Assembly (NCBI RefSeq): GCF_003918875.1
Contig: NW_025764892.1
Location: 1,984,001 to 2,048,000 of the forward strand
Direction of reading: 5' to 3'
Length of the DNA stretch: 64,000 nucleotides
Source: Haliotis rubra
Taxonomy: Eukaryota
Part shown: positions 1-13,387 of the stretch, piece by piece
Numbering within the stretch: position 1 is the stretch's first letter
How the letters are laid out: the number at the start of each line of letters is the position of its first letter
Position numbers and translations under genes: made by a program
The notes under the pieces: generated by a model
What the model was told of the DNA's origin: nothing
The model's database searches: none
The model's input: only the letters and a program-made list of their open reading frames with translations

Positions 1-571
1 TCCCTACTTCACTACTGACCCATATTAAAATACCCGTGTTTACTTCCCTAATTTACTATTGGCCCATATTAATACCCGTGTTTACTTCCCTACTTCACTA
101 TTGGCCCATATGAATACCCTTGTTTACTTCCCTGCTTCACTATGGGCCCATATTAATACCCGTGTTTACTTCCCTACTTCACTATTGGCCCATATTTCTG
201 CCTGTGTTTACTTCCCTACTTCACTATGGGCCCATATTTGCACCTGTGTTTACTTCCCTACTTCACTATTGGCATATATTAATACCCGTGTTTACTTCCC
301 TACTTCACTATGGGCCCATATTAATACCTGTGTTTACTTCCCTGCTACACTATTGGCCAATATTAATACCTGTGTTTACTTCCCTACTTCACTATTGACC
401 CATATAAAAATACCGGTGTTTACTTCCCAACTTCACTATTGGCTCATATTTGCACCTGTGTTTACTTTCCTGCTTCACTATTGGCCCATATTAATACCTG
501 TGTTTACTTCCCTTCTTCACTATTGGCCCATATTGATGCCTGTGTATACTTCCCTACTTCACTATTGACCC

Positions 572-602
<31 letters not shown>

Positions 603-1485
603 CAACTGTGCACAAAATACGCACCACCCTGTATTTTTACCAATTAATTTTGTCTGAAATGAAATTCTAAACTCTTTGCAAAAAATAACCTTTATAATTT
701 GATAGAACAAGCACTTAACATATAAAAAACGAAAACATCATTGAAATTACCATGTACTTTAATTAGGACAATTGCCTATATTTAAAACAGGTGTTTTTCT
801 GTCCTAAAGCAAGTTACCTTATTTTGAAAATTGAAAGTAATACTTGATTGTTGTGAGGCCTATAAGTTCGTTATTTATTCTGATTGGATGAAAATTTGTA
901 AACTATGATTGAGGAACAGTTAAAGTCAAACTAAATAACAGGAAAATTTTAAAATGCAGTAAAAGTTGTTTACAAACAAAACAAACAGATTTTAGCTGTA
1001 ATAATCAGTATCCGGAAAGGAGAAGTGTTTATTCATTACAATAAAATCAAAATCATAAAAAAATGTATTCCAAAATCTTATTAATGTGGCCTTTTTTTCA
1101 GTTTTTGTCAATTAGCAATCTGCATTGTTGGAAAAAAGTCTGAATCTCTGACATTCAGGTTCTTCCTGAATATGCATAATTAAAGCTTACTTGATGTGTA
1201 AATGTCATCTTGATATATAACAGAATTGTTATTTTTAGTCAAAACTGAATTGTGTAGTTTGAGCAGGAAAGGAATAATTAGTTTGGGTAAAAAATCAGTC
1301 CCGTCACATTTTTATCACGTATTTTTCTTTCATAAAGAATAAAAAAGGTTATGGTATTTGTAAAACTGTCAGTGGATAAAGCTTCTTTAACTACAGGTTG
1401 ACTAAATTGATGGCTATACCCTAACTTTTCTGTAGCATCACATCTTATTTTCAAAATAGGCTTGTGCTTAATTAATGCACGGGTG
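603..1485. mobile_element. Non-autonomous Tc1/mariner-type element with imperfect TIRs, inserted at TA
   Basis: Left TA|caactgtgcacaaaatacgcacca versus reverse complement of right end TA|cacccgtgcattaattaagcacaa (19/26 identical including the TA). AT-rich non-coding interior; the satellite resumes on both sides. Confidence 0.65.
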
Positions 1486-1945
1486 TATACATACCTGTGT
1501 TTACTTCCCCACATCACTTCTGGCCCATGTGTATACCTGTGTTTAATTCCCTACTTCACTATTGACCCGTATATATATATATATATATATACCTGTGTTT
1601 ACTTCCCCACATCACTTCTGGCCCATGTGTATACCTGTGTTTAATTCCCTACTTCACTATTGACCCGTATATATATATATATATACCTGTGTTTACTTCC
1701 CCACATCACTTCTGGCCCATGTGTATACCTGTGTTTACTTCCCTACATCACTATTGACCTGTATATATATATATAACTGTGTTTACTTCCCCACATCACT
1801 TCTGGCCCATGTGTATACCTGTGTTTAATTCCCCACTTCACTATTGACCTGTATATATATATACCTGTGCTTACTGCCCCACATGACTTCATGCCCATGT
1901 GTATACCTGTGTTTAATTCCCTACTTCAATATTGACCTGTATATA

Positions 1946-2847
1946 TGTCAGGGTAGAGACTGCGATCTGGTAGAATCGGAGATTCTACCAGTAGAGATTG
2001 CGATCGGAGTCTCTACTGGTAGAGACTACGATTATATGGAATAACCTATGCAATCAAGTGCAAGCTTATGCAAGCAAGTATAATAAGTGGGGATAATGTT
2101 TTCCTATTATTTGCCAGTTATAATTGAACTTATTTATTGTTATCTTGTTAACTTTATTTGTTAAGTCTGTTTTGGAGTAAGATATTATTTATGAGCATTC
2201 ACATATGTATGGTATTATTTAATTTGGAAAAAAAAATTGTTTTGGGGGATTAAATGACTAAATGTGAGTTATGTCTCTGAAAAATCAGGCGTGTCAAAAG
2301 GGCACCAAGAACATTTTTTAGCCGTGCCATTTCAATAATGACCGTGCCATGGCACACTAATATATGGGGTATTTCGAACCCTGATAACAGTTGATCTCTT
2401 GATGAAAGAAGTTGACCCCCAAAAACATGTCCATGACTCCCTCTCATGATGACTTCTAAATTTTTATGCCTAGGGCAAACACTGATTATGCAATTGATCT
2501 TGCTTGTAATCAGTTTTGAAATATATGTATATTGTAATATGATCTCTCAAGTCACATTTGGTTTTTTAGTCCTTAATATATCTGTAGAAGTGGAAACAGT
2601 CTAGTGTTATATCTGAATAAAATGCATAGTACTGTTCAGAAAAAGTGTCTTTGTTGTTTACCCACAGATCACGCGGAGTTTCTACCAGTTGAAGACGATT
2701 GCAGCCTCTACTAGTAGGATCGGAGTTTCTACCAGTTGAATTGGAAAATGTACTGGTAGAATCTCCGATTCAACCAGTAGAGACTACGATTGCAATCTCT
2801 ACTAGTAGGATCGGAGATTCTACCAGATCGCAGTCTCTACCCTGACA
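1946..2847. mobile_element. Non-autonomous TIR DNA transposon inserted in a (TA)n tract
   Basis: Perfect terminal inverted repeat tgtcagggtagagactgcgatctggtagaatc ... gattctaccagatcgcagtctctaccctgaca, with subterminal taccagtagag repeats. Flanked by TATA on both sides; superfamily uncertain. Confidence 0.9.
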
Positions 2848-3774
2848 TATATATATACCACATGACTTCTGGCTGGTATGTGTATACCTGTGTTTAATTC
2901 CCCACTTCACTATTGACCTGTATATATATATACCTGTGTTTACTTCCCCACATGACTTCTGGCCCATGTGTATACCTGTGTTTAATTCCCTACTTCAATA
3001 TTGACCTGTATATATATATACCTGTGTTTACTTCCCCACATGACTTCTGGCCCATGTGTATACCTGTGTTTAATTCCCTACTTCAATATTGACCTGTATA
3101 TATATATACCTGTGTTTACTTCCCCACATGACTTCTGGCCCATGTGTATACCTGTGTTTCATTCCCTACTTCCCCACATGACTTCATGCCCATGTGTATA
3201 CCTGTGTTTAATTCCCTACATCACTATTGACCCGTATATATATATATATATACCTGTGTTTACTTCCCCACATGACTTCTGGCCTATGTGTATACCTGTG
3301 TTTAATTCCCTACTTCACTATTGACCCGTATAAAAATATATATATATATATACCTGTGTTTACTTCCCCACATGACTTCTGGCCTATGTGTATACCTGTG
3401 TTTAATTCCCTACTTCACTATTGACCCGTATAAAAATATATATATATATATACCTGTGTTTACTTCCCCACATCACTTCTGGCCCATGTGTATACCTGTG
3501 TTTACTTCCCTACATCACTTCTGGCCCATGTGAATACCTGTGTTTACTTCCCTACTTCACAACAGGCGAATTGTTTTGGTCCTGAGCCCCATCCCTTCTT
3601 CACTTTTTGCCCGTATTATATGTATAACCGTGTTTACTTTTCTACTTGACTGTTGTCCATGCGCATTCACTTGTCCAGTTCCTTTCATAACTGTTGGCTC
3701 ATGTGTATTCCTGTGTTCGATTCCCTCCTTCAACATCGGCCGATAATTATTTCCGCTCTTACTCCCGTTCCTAA

Positions 3775-4661
3775 TGCTAGGGTTACACGGGATGGAAGTG
3801 AATGAGCAAACGTGACAGTCCGTGATTGCCGTGGATGCCGTGACAGATTTTTACGGCAGTCACGGTACTAATGAGAAACCTAGTAGGCCGGAGAAAAACG
3901 CAACAAAACTTGTAGACGGTCCGTAGTGGGACGGGAATGTGTATTCCCCGGCATCTCACGGTCCAGTTTTGTCACGTCCGGCCACGTTTGTTTGGCGTTT
4001 TGTCACGTTTTGTTCCGGTTCTCATGGCAAGCTAGGTTGTATGGTAGCCTATTCTTCCCGTTTGATCACGGCGCATCCAGGCGTGTGATGGTTTACAGGG
4101 CTGGCGAGATACGGCACGTTGCGTTCTCTGGCATTCCCTCTCTGCAGTTGATGCTGGCCTTCTTGCTGACGCAAGGCCTCGATGTATGCCCCCAGCAAAC
4201 ATACAAACACAAAATCTTCTTCATCTTCTTCATGCTGCTCAGGATACAATGGCTGCTATTGCTTGGGAGGCCTTAGTTTTATACCGTAGGCACAAACCTG
4301 GTCCAAAGCTGGCCGACGTCCCCGCTTCATCGGTAGAAAGTCTTGACAGAACGCGCAAAACGTATCAAAACCTTGATCAAAACGTGAGAAACGTGAGGGA
4401 AACCCATCAGAACGCGACAGGCCGGGATGAAACGTAATGGCATCCGCAGTACACTGCGGGCCGAACCGTAGCGCGCCTTTGAGCTTCCGGGATTCAGCAA
4501 CCCGTTTACCCAACGGCCCATCACGGATAGCCCGTGAATGACCTTAGCAGGACCTAAAAAACTTGACTTTGGAGGGAAAAAATGGCCAAAATCCCACGGC
4601 GCACTACGTTTCGGAGAAACGAGGCTGCCGTGGCCACCGGGAGCATGGTGTAACCCTAGCA
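3775..4661. mobile_element. Non-autonomous PIF/Harbinger-like element
   Basis: TAA|tgctagggttacac ... gtgtaaccctagca|TTA: 14-bp TIR in a TWA target context, with a GC-rich interior. The short ORF 4186-4437 could be a transposase N-terminal remnant. Confidence 0.75.
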
Positions 4662-4855
4662 TTACTGTTGATCCGTGGGTATTCCTATATCCAATCACCT
4701 GCATCGCTATTGGCAGATGTGTATTCCCGTGTTTAATTAATTGCTTTACCATTGGTCCTTTTTTTATTTCTATGGTGTATTTTTACTTTATATTTCATAC
4801 TTCATAATGATCTAATGACCCGATGTTTAATTCCCTATTTCGCATTTGGTACTTA

Positions 4856-5085
4856 TACGAGGGTCGGTCAAAAAGTAGTCGGCCTCACCTGGAAAATAAT
4901 ACAAATGCAACTGTTTTTATGTTTTATTTTTCTACATATTGTCTGTCAACCTCAAGCAAATTTATTGTCCTGGGCCCCACAAAGTTTCACAAAGCTCTCG
5001 TAAGCCTAAGATCTCGTAATTTTCCTCGTAGTATCGTAGCATTCGTACCTCCTATATCGTAACATAGGAGGTATGAATGCTTGAG
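4856..5085. mobile_element. Mariner-like terminal fragment followed by a truncated palindromic MITE
   Basis: tacgagggtcggtcaaaaagt resembles mariner TIR starts. Hairpin gcattcgtacctcctat-N8-ataggaggtatgaatgc at ~5039-5080. Confidence 0.45.
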
Positions 5086-5310
5086 GACTGCCAGTATCTG
5101 AGATGAGTCACACACACATATCCGGGAGTGTATTATACTGTTTATTGTCTGTTTGGTAGTTCTACCAGGACTGCCAGTATCTGAGATGAGTCACACACAC
5201 ATATCCGGGAGTGTATTATACTGTTTATTGTCTGTTTGGTAGTTCTACCAGGACTGCCAGTTTCTGAGGTGAATCACACACACAACAAAAATCAAACACA
5301 TCCTGGACTG
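5085..5310. repeat. 83-bp tandem repeat, ~2.5 copies
   Basis: ggactgccagtatctgagatgagtcacacacac... starts at 5085, 5168 and 5251. Confidence 0.9.
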
Positions 5311-5558
5311 TATCAATGCTATACATTCATACAGTACATGTACATTACGTTCATAAAGTCAGCTGAGAGTAAATGAATCTGAGAATGATTGTTTCTGGGT
5401 ATATACGAGACAGTTGGCCTGTTTTTAATAAGCAAGGATGCGAAAATTGCAAATATATATACACATTAGCGCATTACGTTTAATACACTGGGAAGTGCAC
5501 TAAAAGCGTTTGGATGTTAATAACAAAAAATAAAAATGAAGTTAAAACAATATTAACG

Positions 5559-8500
5559 CTAGCTGAGCATATGTTGGCGAATGCAAGGAACACATGATCG
5601 TAGATAACAGATGCATGACAAAGGTACACTGTCGGTGTAGACGTCGGGCTGGTGGCCGTAACTAGTCGAACACTGCCTGGTCCCCATGGTGGTCCCCCTG
5701 GGGGCCCCGGGGTCATGGGGAGGGTTACACTGCACAAGGTTGAGGAGGAACGAGTCCGCCATTACACCTTCGCGGAACTCTTCCCACGTGATATTGTCGT
5801 CACCGTCCTTGTCCATGACCTTGAACATCGTCTCCACGACGCTAAGAGGCGTGGCGTACTCAGGTGGTAGAAGAATACGGCTGAAGTCGAGCATCTTGTA
5901 CACTGACTGAAATGGTAAAAACAGCTTTAATAGAAAATGACAAGAGACTTAAAAATGCACAACCCATTGAAATGAAATGAAGACCAATCGTAAGCAGCTT
6001 GCTTGAGCGCATGCCAGTGTAGACACATTAACACAAAAAGGATGGAAGCCATCACAAAGCAAGTTGCCTGTTCAGACATTACACGACAGTCCGTTTGAGT
6101 CAGAAACGGACCGATGAATTGCAAATTTTATCATTGTACAAAATTGCCACATAAATATAAATAGTACACATGTTTATCATTTACTAATACCCAACAGCTT
6201 TGTTATATTTGAAAATTTTCCGCACCACCAAAAAGTTCTTTAAGAAACTATCATTAAAATTTTGACACAGTTCACTATTTGTTACGAGGGAGGAGTGCAG
6301 AGAAAGGGACAGCCAGGTGTGCGAGAAAGGATGGAGACGGCACAGCACAGGCTAATGAATCAATAACTTGGTGGGCACATGTGCACGTGCTTCTCTAACA
6401 CCTGGCTGTCCCTTTCTCTGCACTCCTCCCTCGTAACCAATAGTGAACTGTGTCAAAATTTTAATGATAGTTTCTTTTTGGTGGAGTCCGGAAAATTTTC
6501 AAATATAAGAAAGCTGTTGGGTATTAGTAAATGATAAACATGTGTACTATTTATATTTATGTGGCAATTTTGTACAATGATAAAATTTGCAATTCATCGG
6601 TCCGTTTCTGACTCAAACGGACTGTCGTGTCTCTTATCAAGCATTAAACTGAATTTCGCAGGGCAGTTACGTTAGCGTTATTACCTCTCACATTTAAGCA
6701 CAGTGAACTACGGTTATGACGAACTCAGAGAGATCACATATTTTAGTTCGTTATCGCCGTAGTTCATTACATACATTTCGACTAAAATATACAATAGGCA
6801 AGGACACCCCCAAAGGTTCGTTATATCAGTCAGTTCGTTATAAACGTCGTTTATTGTACCTGCCTCTTATATACTCATTGCTAGGGAATATAGGTGTGTT
6901 ATATCTTTTACTCTTCCTCATCAGCGCCATGAATATGACAGTGTTATATAATCATTGCTAGGGAATATAGGTGTGTTATATCTTTTACTCTTCCTCATTA
7001 GCGCCATGGATATGACTGTCTTATATAATCATTGCTAGGGAATATAGGTGTGTTATATCTTTTACTCTTCCTCATCAGCGCCATGGACATGACAGTGTTA
7101 TATAATCAATGCTAGGGAATATAGATGTGTTATATCTTTTACTCTTCCTCATTAGCGCCATGGATATGACTGTCTTATATAATCATTGCTAGGGAATATA
7201 GGTGTGTTATATCTTTTACTCTTCCTCATTAGCGCCATGGACATGACAGTGTTATATAATCATTGCTAGGGAATATAGATGTGTTATATCTTTTACTCTT
7301 CCTCATTAGCGCCATGGACATGACAGTGTTATATAATCATTGCTAGGGAATATAGATGTGTTATATCTTTTACTCTTCCTCATTAGCGCCATGGATATGA
7401 CTGTCTTATATAATCAATGCTAGGGAATATAGGTGTGTTATATCTTTTACTCTTCCTCATTAGCGCCATGGATATGACTGTCTTATATAATCATTGCTAG
7501 GGAATATAGGTGTGTTATATCTTTTACTCTTCCTCATCAGCGCCATGAATATGACTGTCTTATATAATCATTGCTAGGGAATATAGGTGTGTTATATCTT
7601 TTACTCTTCCTCATTAGCGCCATGGACATGACAGTGTTATATAATCATTGCTAGGGAATATAGATGTGTTATATTTTTTACTCTTCCTCATTAGCGCCAT
7701 GGACATGACAGTGTTATATAATCATTGCTAGGGAATATAGATGTGTTATATCTTTTACTCTTCCTCATTAGCGCCATGGACATGACAGTGTTATATAATC
7801 ATTGCTAGGGAATATAGATGTGTTATATCTTTTACTCTTCCTCATTAGCGCCATGGATATGACTGTCTTATATAATCATTGCTAGGGAATATAGGTGTGT
7901 TATATCTTTTACTCTTCCTCATTAGCGCCATGGATATGACTGTCTTATATAATCATTGCTAGGGAATATAGGTGTGTTATATCTTTTACTCTTCCTCATT
8001 AGCGCCATGGACATGACAGTGTTATATAATCATTGCTAGGGAATATAGATGTGTTATATCTTTCACTCTTCCTCATTAGCGCCATGGATATGACAGTGTT
8101 TATATAATCATTGCTAGGGAATATAGGTGTGTTATATCTTTTACTCTTCCTCATCAGCGCCATGGACATGACAGTGTTATATAATCAATGCTAGGGAATA
8201 TAGATGTGTTATATTTTTTACTCTTCCTCATTAGCGCCATGGACATGACAGTGTTATATAATCATTGCTAGGGAATATAGATGTGTGTTATATCTTTTTC
8301 TCTTCCTCATGAACGCCATGGGCATGACACTGTTATATAATCACTGCTAGGGAATATAGATGTGTTATATCTTTTACTCTTCCTCATTAGCGCCATGGAT
8401 ATGACTGTCTTGTATAATCATTGCTAGGGAATATAGGTGTGTTATATCTTTTACTCTTCCTCATTAGCGCCATGGATATGACTGTCTTATATAATCATTG

Positions 8501-11500
8501 CTAGGGAATATAGGTTTGTTATATCTTTTACTCTTCCTCATTAGCGCCATGGACATGACAGTGTTATATAATCATTGCTAGGGAATATAGGTGTGTTATA
8601 TCTTTTACTCTTCCTCATCAGCGCCATGGATATGACAGTGTTATATAATCATTGCTAGGGAATATAGGTGTGTTATATCTTTTACTCTTCCTCATTAGCG
8701 CCATGGACATGACAGTGTTATATAATCATTGCTAGGGAATATAGATGTGTTATATCTTTTACTCTTCCTCATTAGCGCCATGGATATGACTGTCTTGTAT
8801 AATCATTGCTAGGGAATATAGGTGTGTTATATCGTTTACTCTTCCTCATTAGCGCCATGGACATGACAGTGTTATATAATCAATGCTAGGGAATATAGGT
8901 GTGTTATATCTTTTACTCTTCCTCATTAGCGCCATGGATATGACAGTGTTATATAATCATTGCTAGGGAATATAGGTGTGTTATATCTTTTACTCTTCCT
9001 CATCAGCGCCATGGATATGACAGTGTTATATAATCATTGCTAGGGAATATAGGTGTGTTATATCTTTTACTCTTCCTCATTAGCGCCATGGACATGACAG
9101 TGTTATATAATCATTGCTAGGGAATATAGATGTGTTATATCTTTTACTCTTCCTCATTAGCGCCATGGATATGACTGTCTTATATGCTAGGGAATATAGG
9201 TGTGTTATATCGTTTACTCTTCCTCATTAGCGCCATGGACATGACAGTGTTATATAATCATTGCTAGGGAATATAGATGTGTTATATCTTTTACTCTTCC
9301 TCATCAGCGCCATGGATATGACAGTGTTATATAATCATTGCTAGGAATATAGGTGTGTTATATCTTTTAATAGCGCCATCATTGCTAGGTAGATGTGTTA
9401 TATCTTTTACTCTTCCCTCATTAGCGCCATGGATATGACTGTGTTATATAATCATTGCTAGGGAATATAGATGTGTTATATCTTTTACTCTTCCTCATTA
9501 GCGCCATGGATATGACTGTCTTATATAATCATTGCTAGGGAATATAGGTGTGTTATATCTTTTACTCTTCCTCATTCAGCGCCATGGATATGACAGGTTA
9601 TATAATCATTGCTAGGGAATATAGATGTGTTATATCTTTTACTCTTCCTCATTAGCGCCATGGATATGACAGTGTTATATAATCATTGCTAGGGAATATA
9701 GATGTGTTATATCTTTTACTCTTCCCTCATTAGCGCCATGGATATGACTGTCTTATATAATCATTGCTAGGGAATATAGGTGTGTTATATCTTTTACTCT
9801 TCCTCATTAGCGCCATGGATATGACTGTCTTATATAATCATTGCTAGGGAATATAGGTGTGTTATATCTTTTACTCTTCCTCATCAGCGCCATGGATATG
9901 ACTGTCTTATATAATCATTGCTAGGGAATATAGGTGTGTTATATCTTTTACTCTTCCTCATTAGCGCCATGGACATGACAGTGTTATATAATCAATGCTA
10001 GGGAATATAGATGTGTTATATCTTTTACTCTTCCTCATTAGCGCCATGGACATGACAGTGTTATATAATCATTGCTAGGGAATATAGATGTGTTATATCT
10101 TTTACTCTTCCTCATTAGCGCCATGGATATGACTGTCTTATATAATCAATGCTAGGGAATATAGGTGTGTTATATCTTTTACTCTTCCTCATTAGCGCCA
10201 TGGATATGACTGTCTAATATTATCATTGCTAGGGAATATAGGTGTGTTATATCTTTTACTCTTTCTCATCAGCGCCATGAATATGACAGTGTTATATAAT
10301 CATTGCTAGGTAATATAGGTGTGTTATATCTTTTACTCTTCCTCATTAGCGCCATGGACATGACAGTGTTATATAATCAATGCTAGGGAATATAGATGTG
10401 TTATATCTTTTACTCTTCCTCATTAGCGCCATGGATATGACTGTCTTATATAATCATTGCTAGGGAATATAGGTGTGTTATATCTTTTACTCTTCCTCAT
10501 CAGCGCCATGGACATGACAGTGTTATATAATCAATGCTAGGGAATATGGATGTGTTATATCTTTTACTCTTCCTCATTAGCGCCATGGACATGACAGTGT
10601 TATATAATCAATGCTAGGGAATATAGATGTGTTATATCTTTTACTCTTCCTCATTAGCGCCATGGACATGACAGTGTTATATAATCATTGCTAGGGAATA
10701 TATGTGTGTTATATCTTTTACTCTTCCTCATTAGCGCCATGGATATGACTGTCTTATATAATCATTGCTAGGGAATATAGGTGTGTTATATCTTTTACTC
10801 TTCCTCATTAGCGCCATGGATATGACTGTCTTATATAATCATTGCTAGGGAATATAGGTGTGTTATATCTTTTACTCTTCCTCATCAGCGCCATGGATAT
10901 GACAGTGTTATATAATCATTGCTAGGGAATATAGGTGTGTTATATCTTTTACTCTTCCTCATTAGCGCCATGGACATGACAGTGTTATATAATCAATGCT
11001 AGGGAATATAGGTGTGTTATATCTTTTACTCTTCCTCATCAGCGCCATGGATATGACTGTCTTATATGCTAGGGAATATAGGTGTGTTATATCTTTTACT
11101 CTTCCTCACCAGCGCCATGGATATGACTGTCTTATATGCTAGGGAATATAGGTGTGTTATATCTTTTACTCTTCCTCATCAGCGCCATGGATATGACTGG
11201 TTATATAATATTGCTAGGGAATATAGGTTTGTTATATCTTTTACTCTTCCTCATTAGCGCCATGGACATGACAGTGTTATATAATCAATGCTAGGGAATA
11301 TAGATGTGTTATATCTTTTACTCATCCTCATTAGCGCCATGAAGATGACAGTGTTATATAATCAATGCTAGGGAATATAGGTGTGTTATATCTTTTACTC
11401 ATCCTCATTAGCGCCATGGACATGACAGTGTTATATAATCAATGCTAGGGAATATAGGTGTGTTATATCTTTTACTCATCCTCATCAGCGCCATGGACAT

Positions 11501-12958
11501 GACAGTGTTATATAATCAATGCTAGGGAATACAGCATTCTTCCCACAGAGGTTACTCCTGTCATATCTTCCTACATAACCTCTGTTCTAATACGACCCTT
11601 CTTGGTGTCAGCGTTCAAGGCTCGTGATTGGAGACAAGCCGATTTAGTTGTGCAATCAGCGACGTTGTTTCAAAAGTGATCATTCGCAAGGCGTCGGTAA
11701 TTTCCGTATGCTTCGGGAAAACTAGAACCTTCTTCCCTGAGCGCGATGCGCAAACGTTTCTTCTAGACAGACTCAGTCATGTAATGGCGTATCAATGGCG
11801 TCTCCATCGCCCTCGTTGACAACGGACAAGCTAGCCATTAAACGTCTTGTGTGTAACATCAACACAATTCCCCGGCAGATGGGGATATTTGTGGCCCCGC
11901 ATTTGCTTGTGTTAGTCAAATTGAATCTAAGTCGATGTAACACGTGTTCTGATTGGATAGAAAGAAGGGAGATAATTCGTGTTGCGATCTTTTGCCGCTA
12001 GGGATTTTACGAGGACCGGGAAATATGGCCGTATTAGAAACAGAGGTTATGTAGGAAGATATGACAGGAGTAACCTCTGTGGGAAGAGAATGGGGAATAC
12101 AGGTGTGTTATATCTTTTACTCTTCCTCATTAGCGCCATGGACATGACAGTGTTATATAATCAATGCTAGGGAGTATAGATGTGTTATATCTTTTACTCT
12201 TCCTCATTAGCGCCATGGATATGACTGTCTTATATGCTAGGGAATATAAGTGTGTTATATTTTTTTCTCTTCCTTATTAACGCTTAGCAAGTTAAATGGT
12301 GAAAGAGAGAGTCTAGTTTAAAGCCGATTTGAACAATATTTCAGCTTTATCACAGCCCGCCAGGTGTATGTGGAAGATTTTGAGAGACGAATTAGGTGGA
12401 TGTTTTCCAGTTTTGAGAAACCAACGAGTATTGTGTTGTCAAACCTAGGATAAGAGCAGGACGAATCCAGGATTCGAACCCAACTGGGTCCTGGTGCGAT
12501 TCAACCCAGTTGAAGCATCGGGAAAAACCTGTACATGGATGAATTCAAAATCCTCTTGAACTAACCTTGACTATTTCCTCCATTTCCGATCTGGAGATCA
12601 TCCCGTTCTGGCTGATGTCGTAAACCTCAAACGCCCAACGCAGGCTTTTGTGAAAGTCGTCACTTCCGCTCGCGTTGAGACCGATCAGGAACTCCCGGAA
12701 ACTAATCTTGCCATTGCCATCAGTGTCGAAAGTCCGTACAATATGTCGAACATAATCCGAGCTGTCTCCGGGGAACACCTTGTTGTATACGGAAATAAAC
12801 TCCTTTTCCGTTAAATATTCCTCCCCTTTTTCCACTCGAGCACTTTTCTTGAATTCTTCATACCAATCCTGGATTTCGCTGTCTGAGAAGCTCACTCGAG
12901 ATTTAATGTCATCAATGTCAGAAGGCAAAAGTTTGTTTTTCATTACTTTTTGTCCCAT
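5559..12958 (-). CDS. Neuronal calcium sensor (neurocalcin/hippocalcin/NCS family) EF-hand protein, 2 coding exons
   Basis: Exon 12958-12566 (MGQK...EMEEIVK, donor GTTAG) joins in phase 0 to exon 5906-5559 (tttcag|SVYKML...LVQCNP...stop). EF-hand loops DTDGNGKISFRE, DISQNGMISRSE and DKDGDDNITWEE; NCS motifs EIQDWYEEF and LRWAFEVYD. An acceptor at 12968-12970 implies an upstream 5'UTR exon. Confidence 0.93.
6081..6630. mobile_element. Long fold-back palindromic element (~250-bp arms) in the NCS intron
   Basis: acacgacagtccgtttgagtcagaaacggaccgatg... is mirrored by ...catcggtccgtttctgactcaaacggactgtcgtgt, with a ~60-bp spacer. No TSD visible. Confidence 0.9.
6876..12285. repeat. 77-bp satellite array (~60 copies) inside the NCS intron
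   Basis: Unit cattgctagggaatataggtgtgttatatcttttactcttcctcattagcgccatggatatgacagtgttatataat; period 77 (6876, 6953, ...). Interrupted at 11535-12092. Confidence 0.98.
11535..12092. mobile_element. Mutator/MULE-like MITE inserted in the satellite
   Basis: ~60-bp TIRs (cattcttcccacagaggttactcctgtcatatcttcc... / ...ggaagatatgacaggagtaacctctgtgggaagagaatg). 10-bp TSD gggaatacag at 11525-11534 and 12093-12102. Confidence 0.9.
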
Positions 12959-13154
12959 ATTGAATGACTGAAAGAGAACAGACCTAGAATCAGCAATGGT
13001 ATGGATAGCCTAGTGGTTTACGTGTCCACTCGTTGACCTGAAGACCCGGGTTCGATTATCGACACGGATGTGTGAAACCAATTCTCCATAATTTGTTGAT
13101 ACAGATTTCGATGGGGGTAACAGGATGGCTGAAAATCAGTGATGACATCAGGTA

Positions 13155-13387
13155 CTGTCTGTTGTTTACGCCGCACTCAGCAATATTCCAGCTATATGGT
13201 GGCGGTCTGTCAATAATCGAGTCTGGCCCACACAATCCGGTGATCAACAGCAACGGCATCAACCTGCAGTTGGGATACGATGACATGTGTCAACCAAGTC
13301 AGCGAGCCTGACCACCCGATCCCGTTAGTCGCCTCTTACGACAAGCATGGGTTACTGAAGGCCAATTCTAACCCGGATCTTCAAGGG
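13155..13387 (-). mobile_element. Short retroposon family A (no tRNA head), copy
   Basis: Reverse complement matches the family consensus cccgtgaagatccgggttagaatt...gtcgtaagaggcgactaacggg...ggaatattgctgagtgcggcgtaaa. Confidence 0.85.

Larger units (their letters stand above)
1..3560. repeat. ~42-bp minisatellite array that changes from monomeric to a dimeric higher-order form with embedded (TA)n; interrupted by two DNA-transposon insertions
   Basis: Unit cccgtgtttacttccctacttcactattggcccatattaata recurs at 42-bp period in 1-570. From ~1487 two related units alternate. Degenerate copies continue at ~3560-3770 and ~4665-4850. The repetitive ORFs here are artefacts of the array. Confidence 0.95.

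Noticed and set aside
59-3533. Repetitive ORFs (VYFPTSLLAH..., PVFTSLLHYW...)
   Set aside because: Produced by a 42-bp tandem unit; no splice context or protein family.
9340-9730. Aberrant satellite units with small indels (also 31640-31840)
   Set aside because: The pattern suggests long-read consensus noise.
6876-11530. Regular array as a possible CRISPR
   Set aside because: No unique spacers, eukaryotic context, no cas genes.
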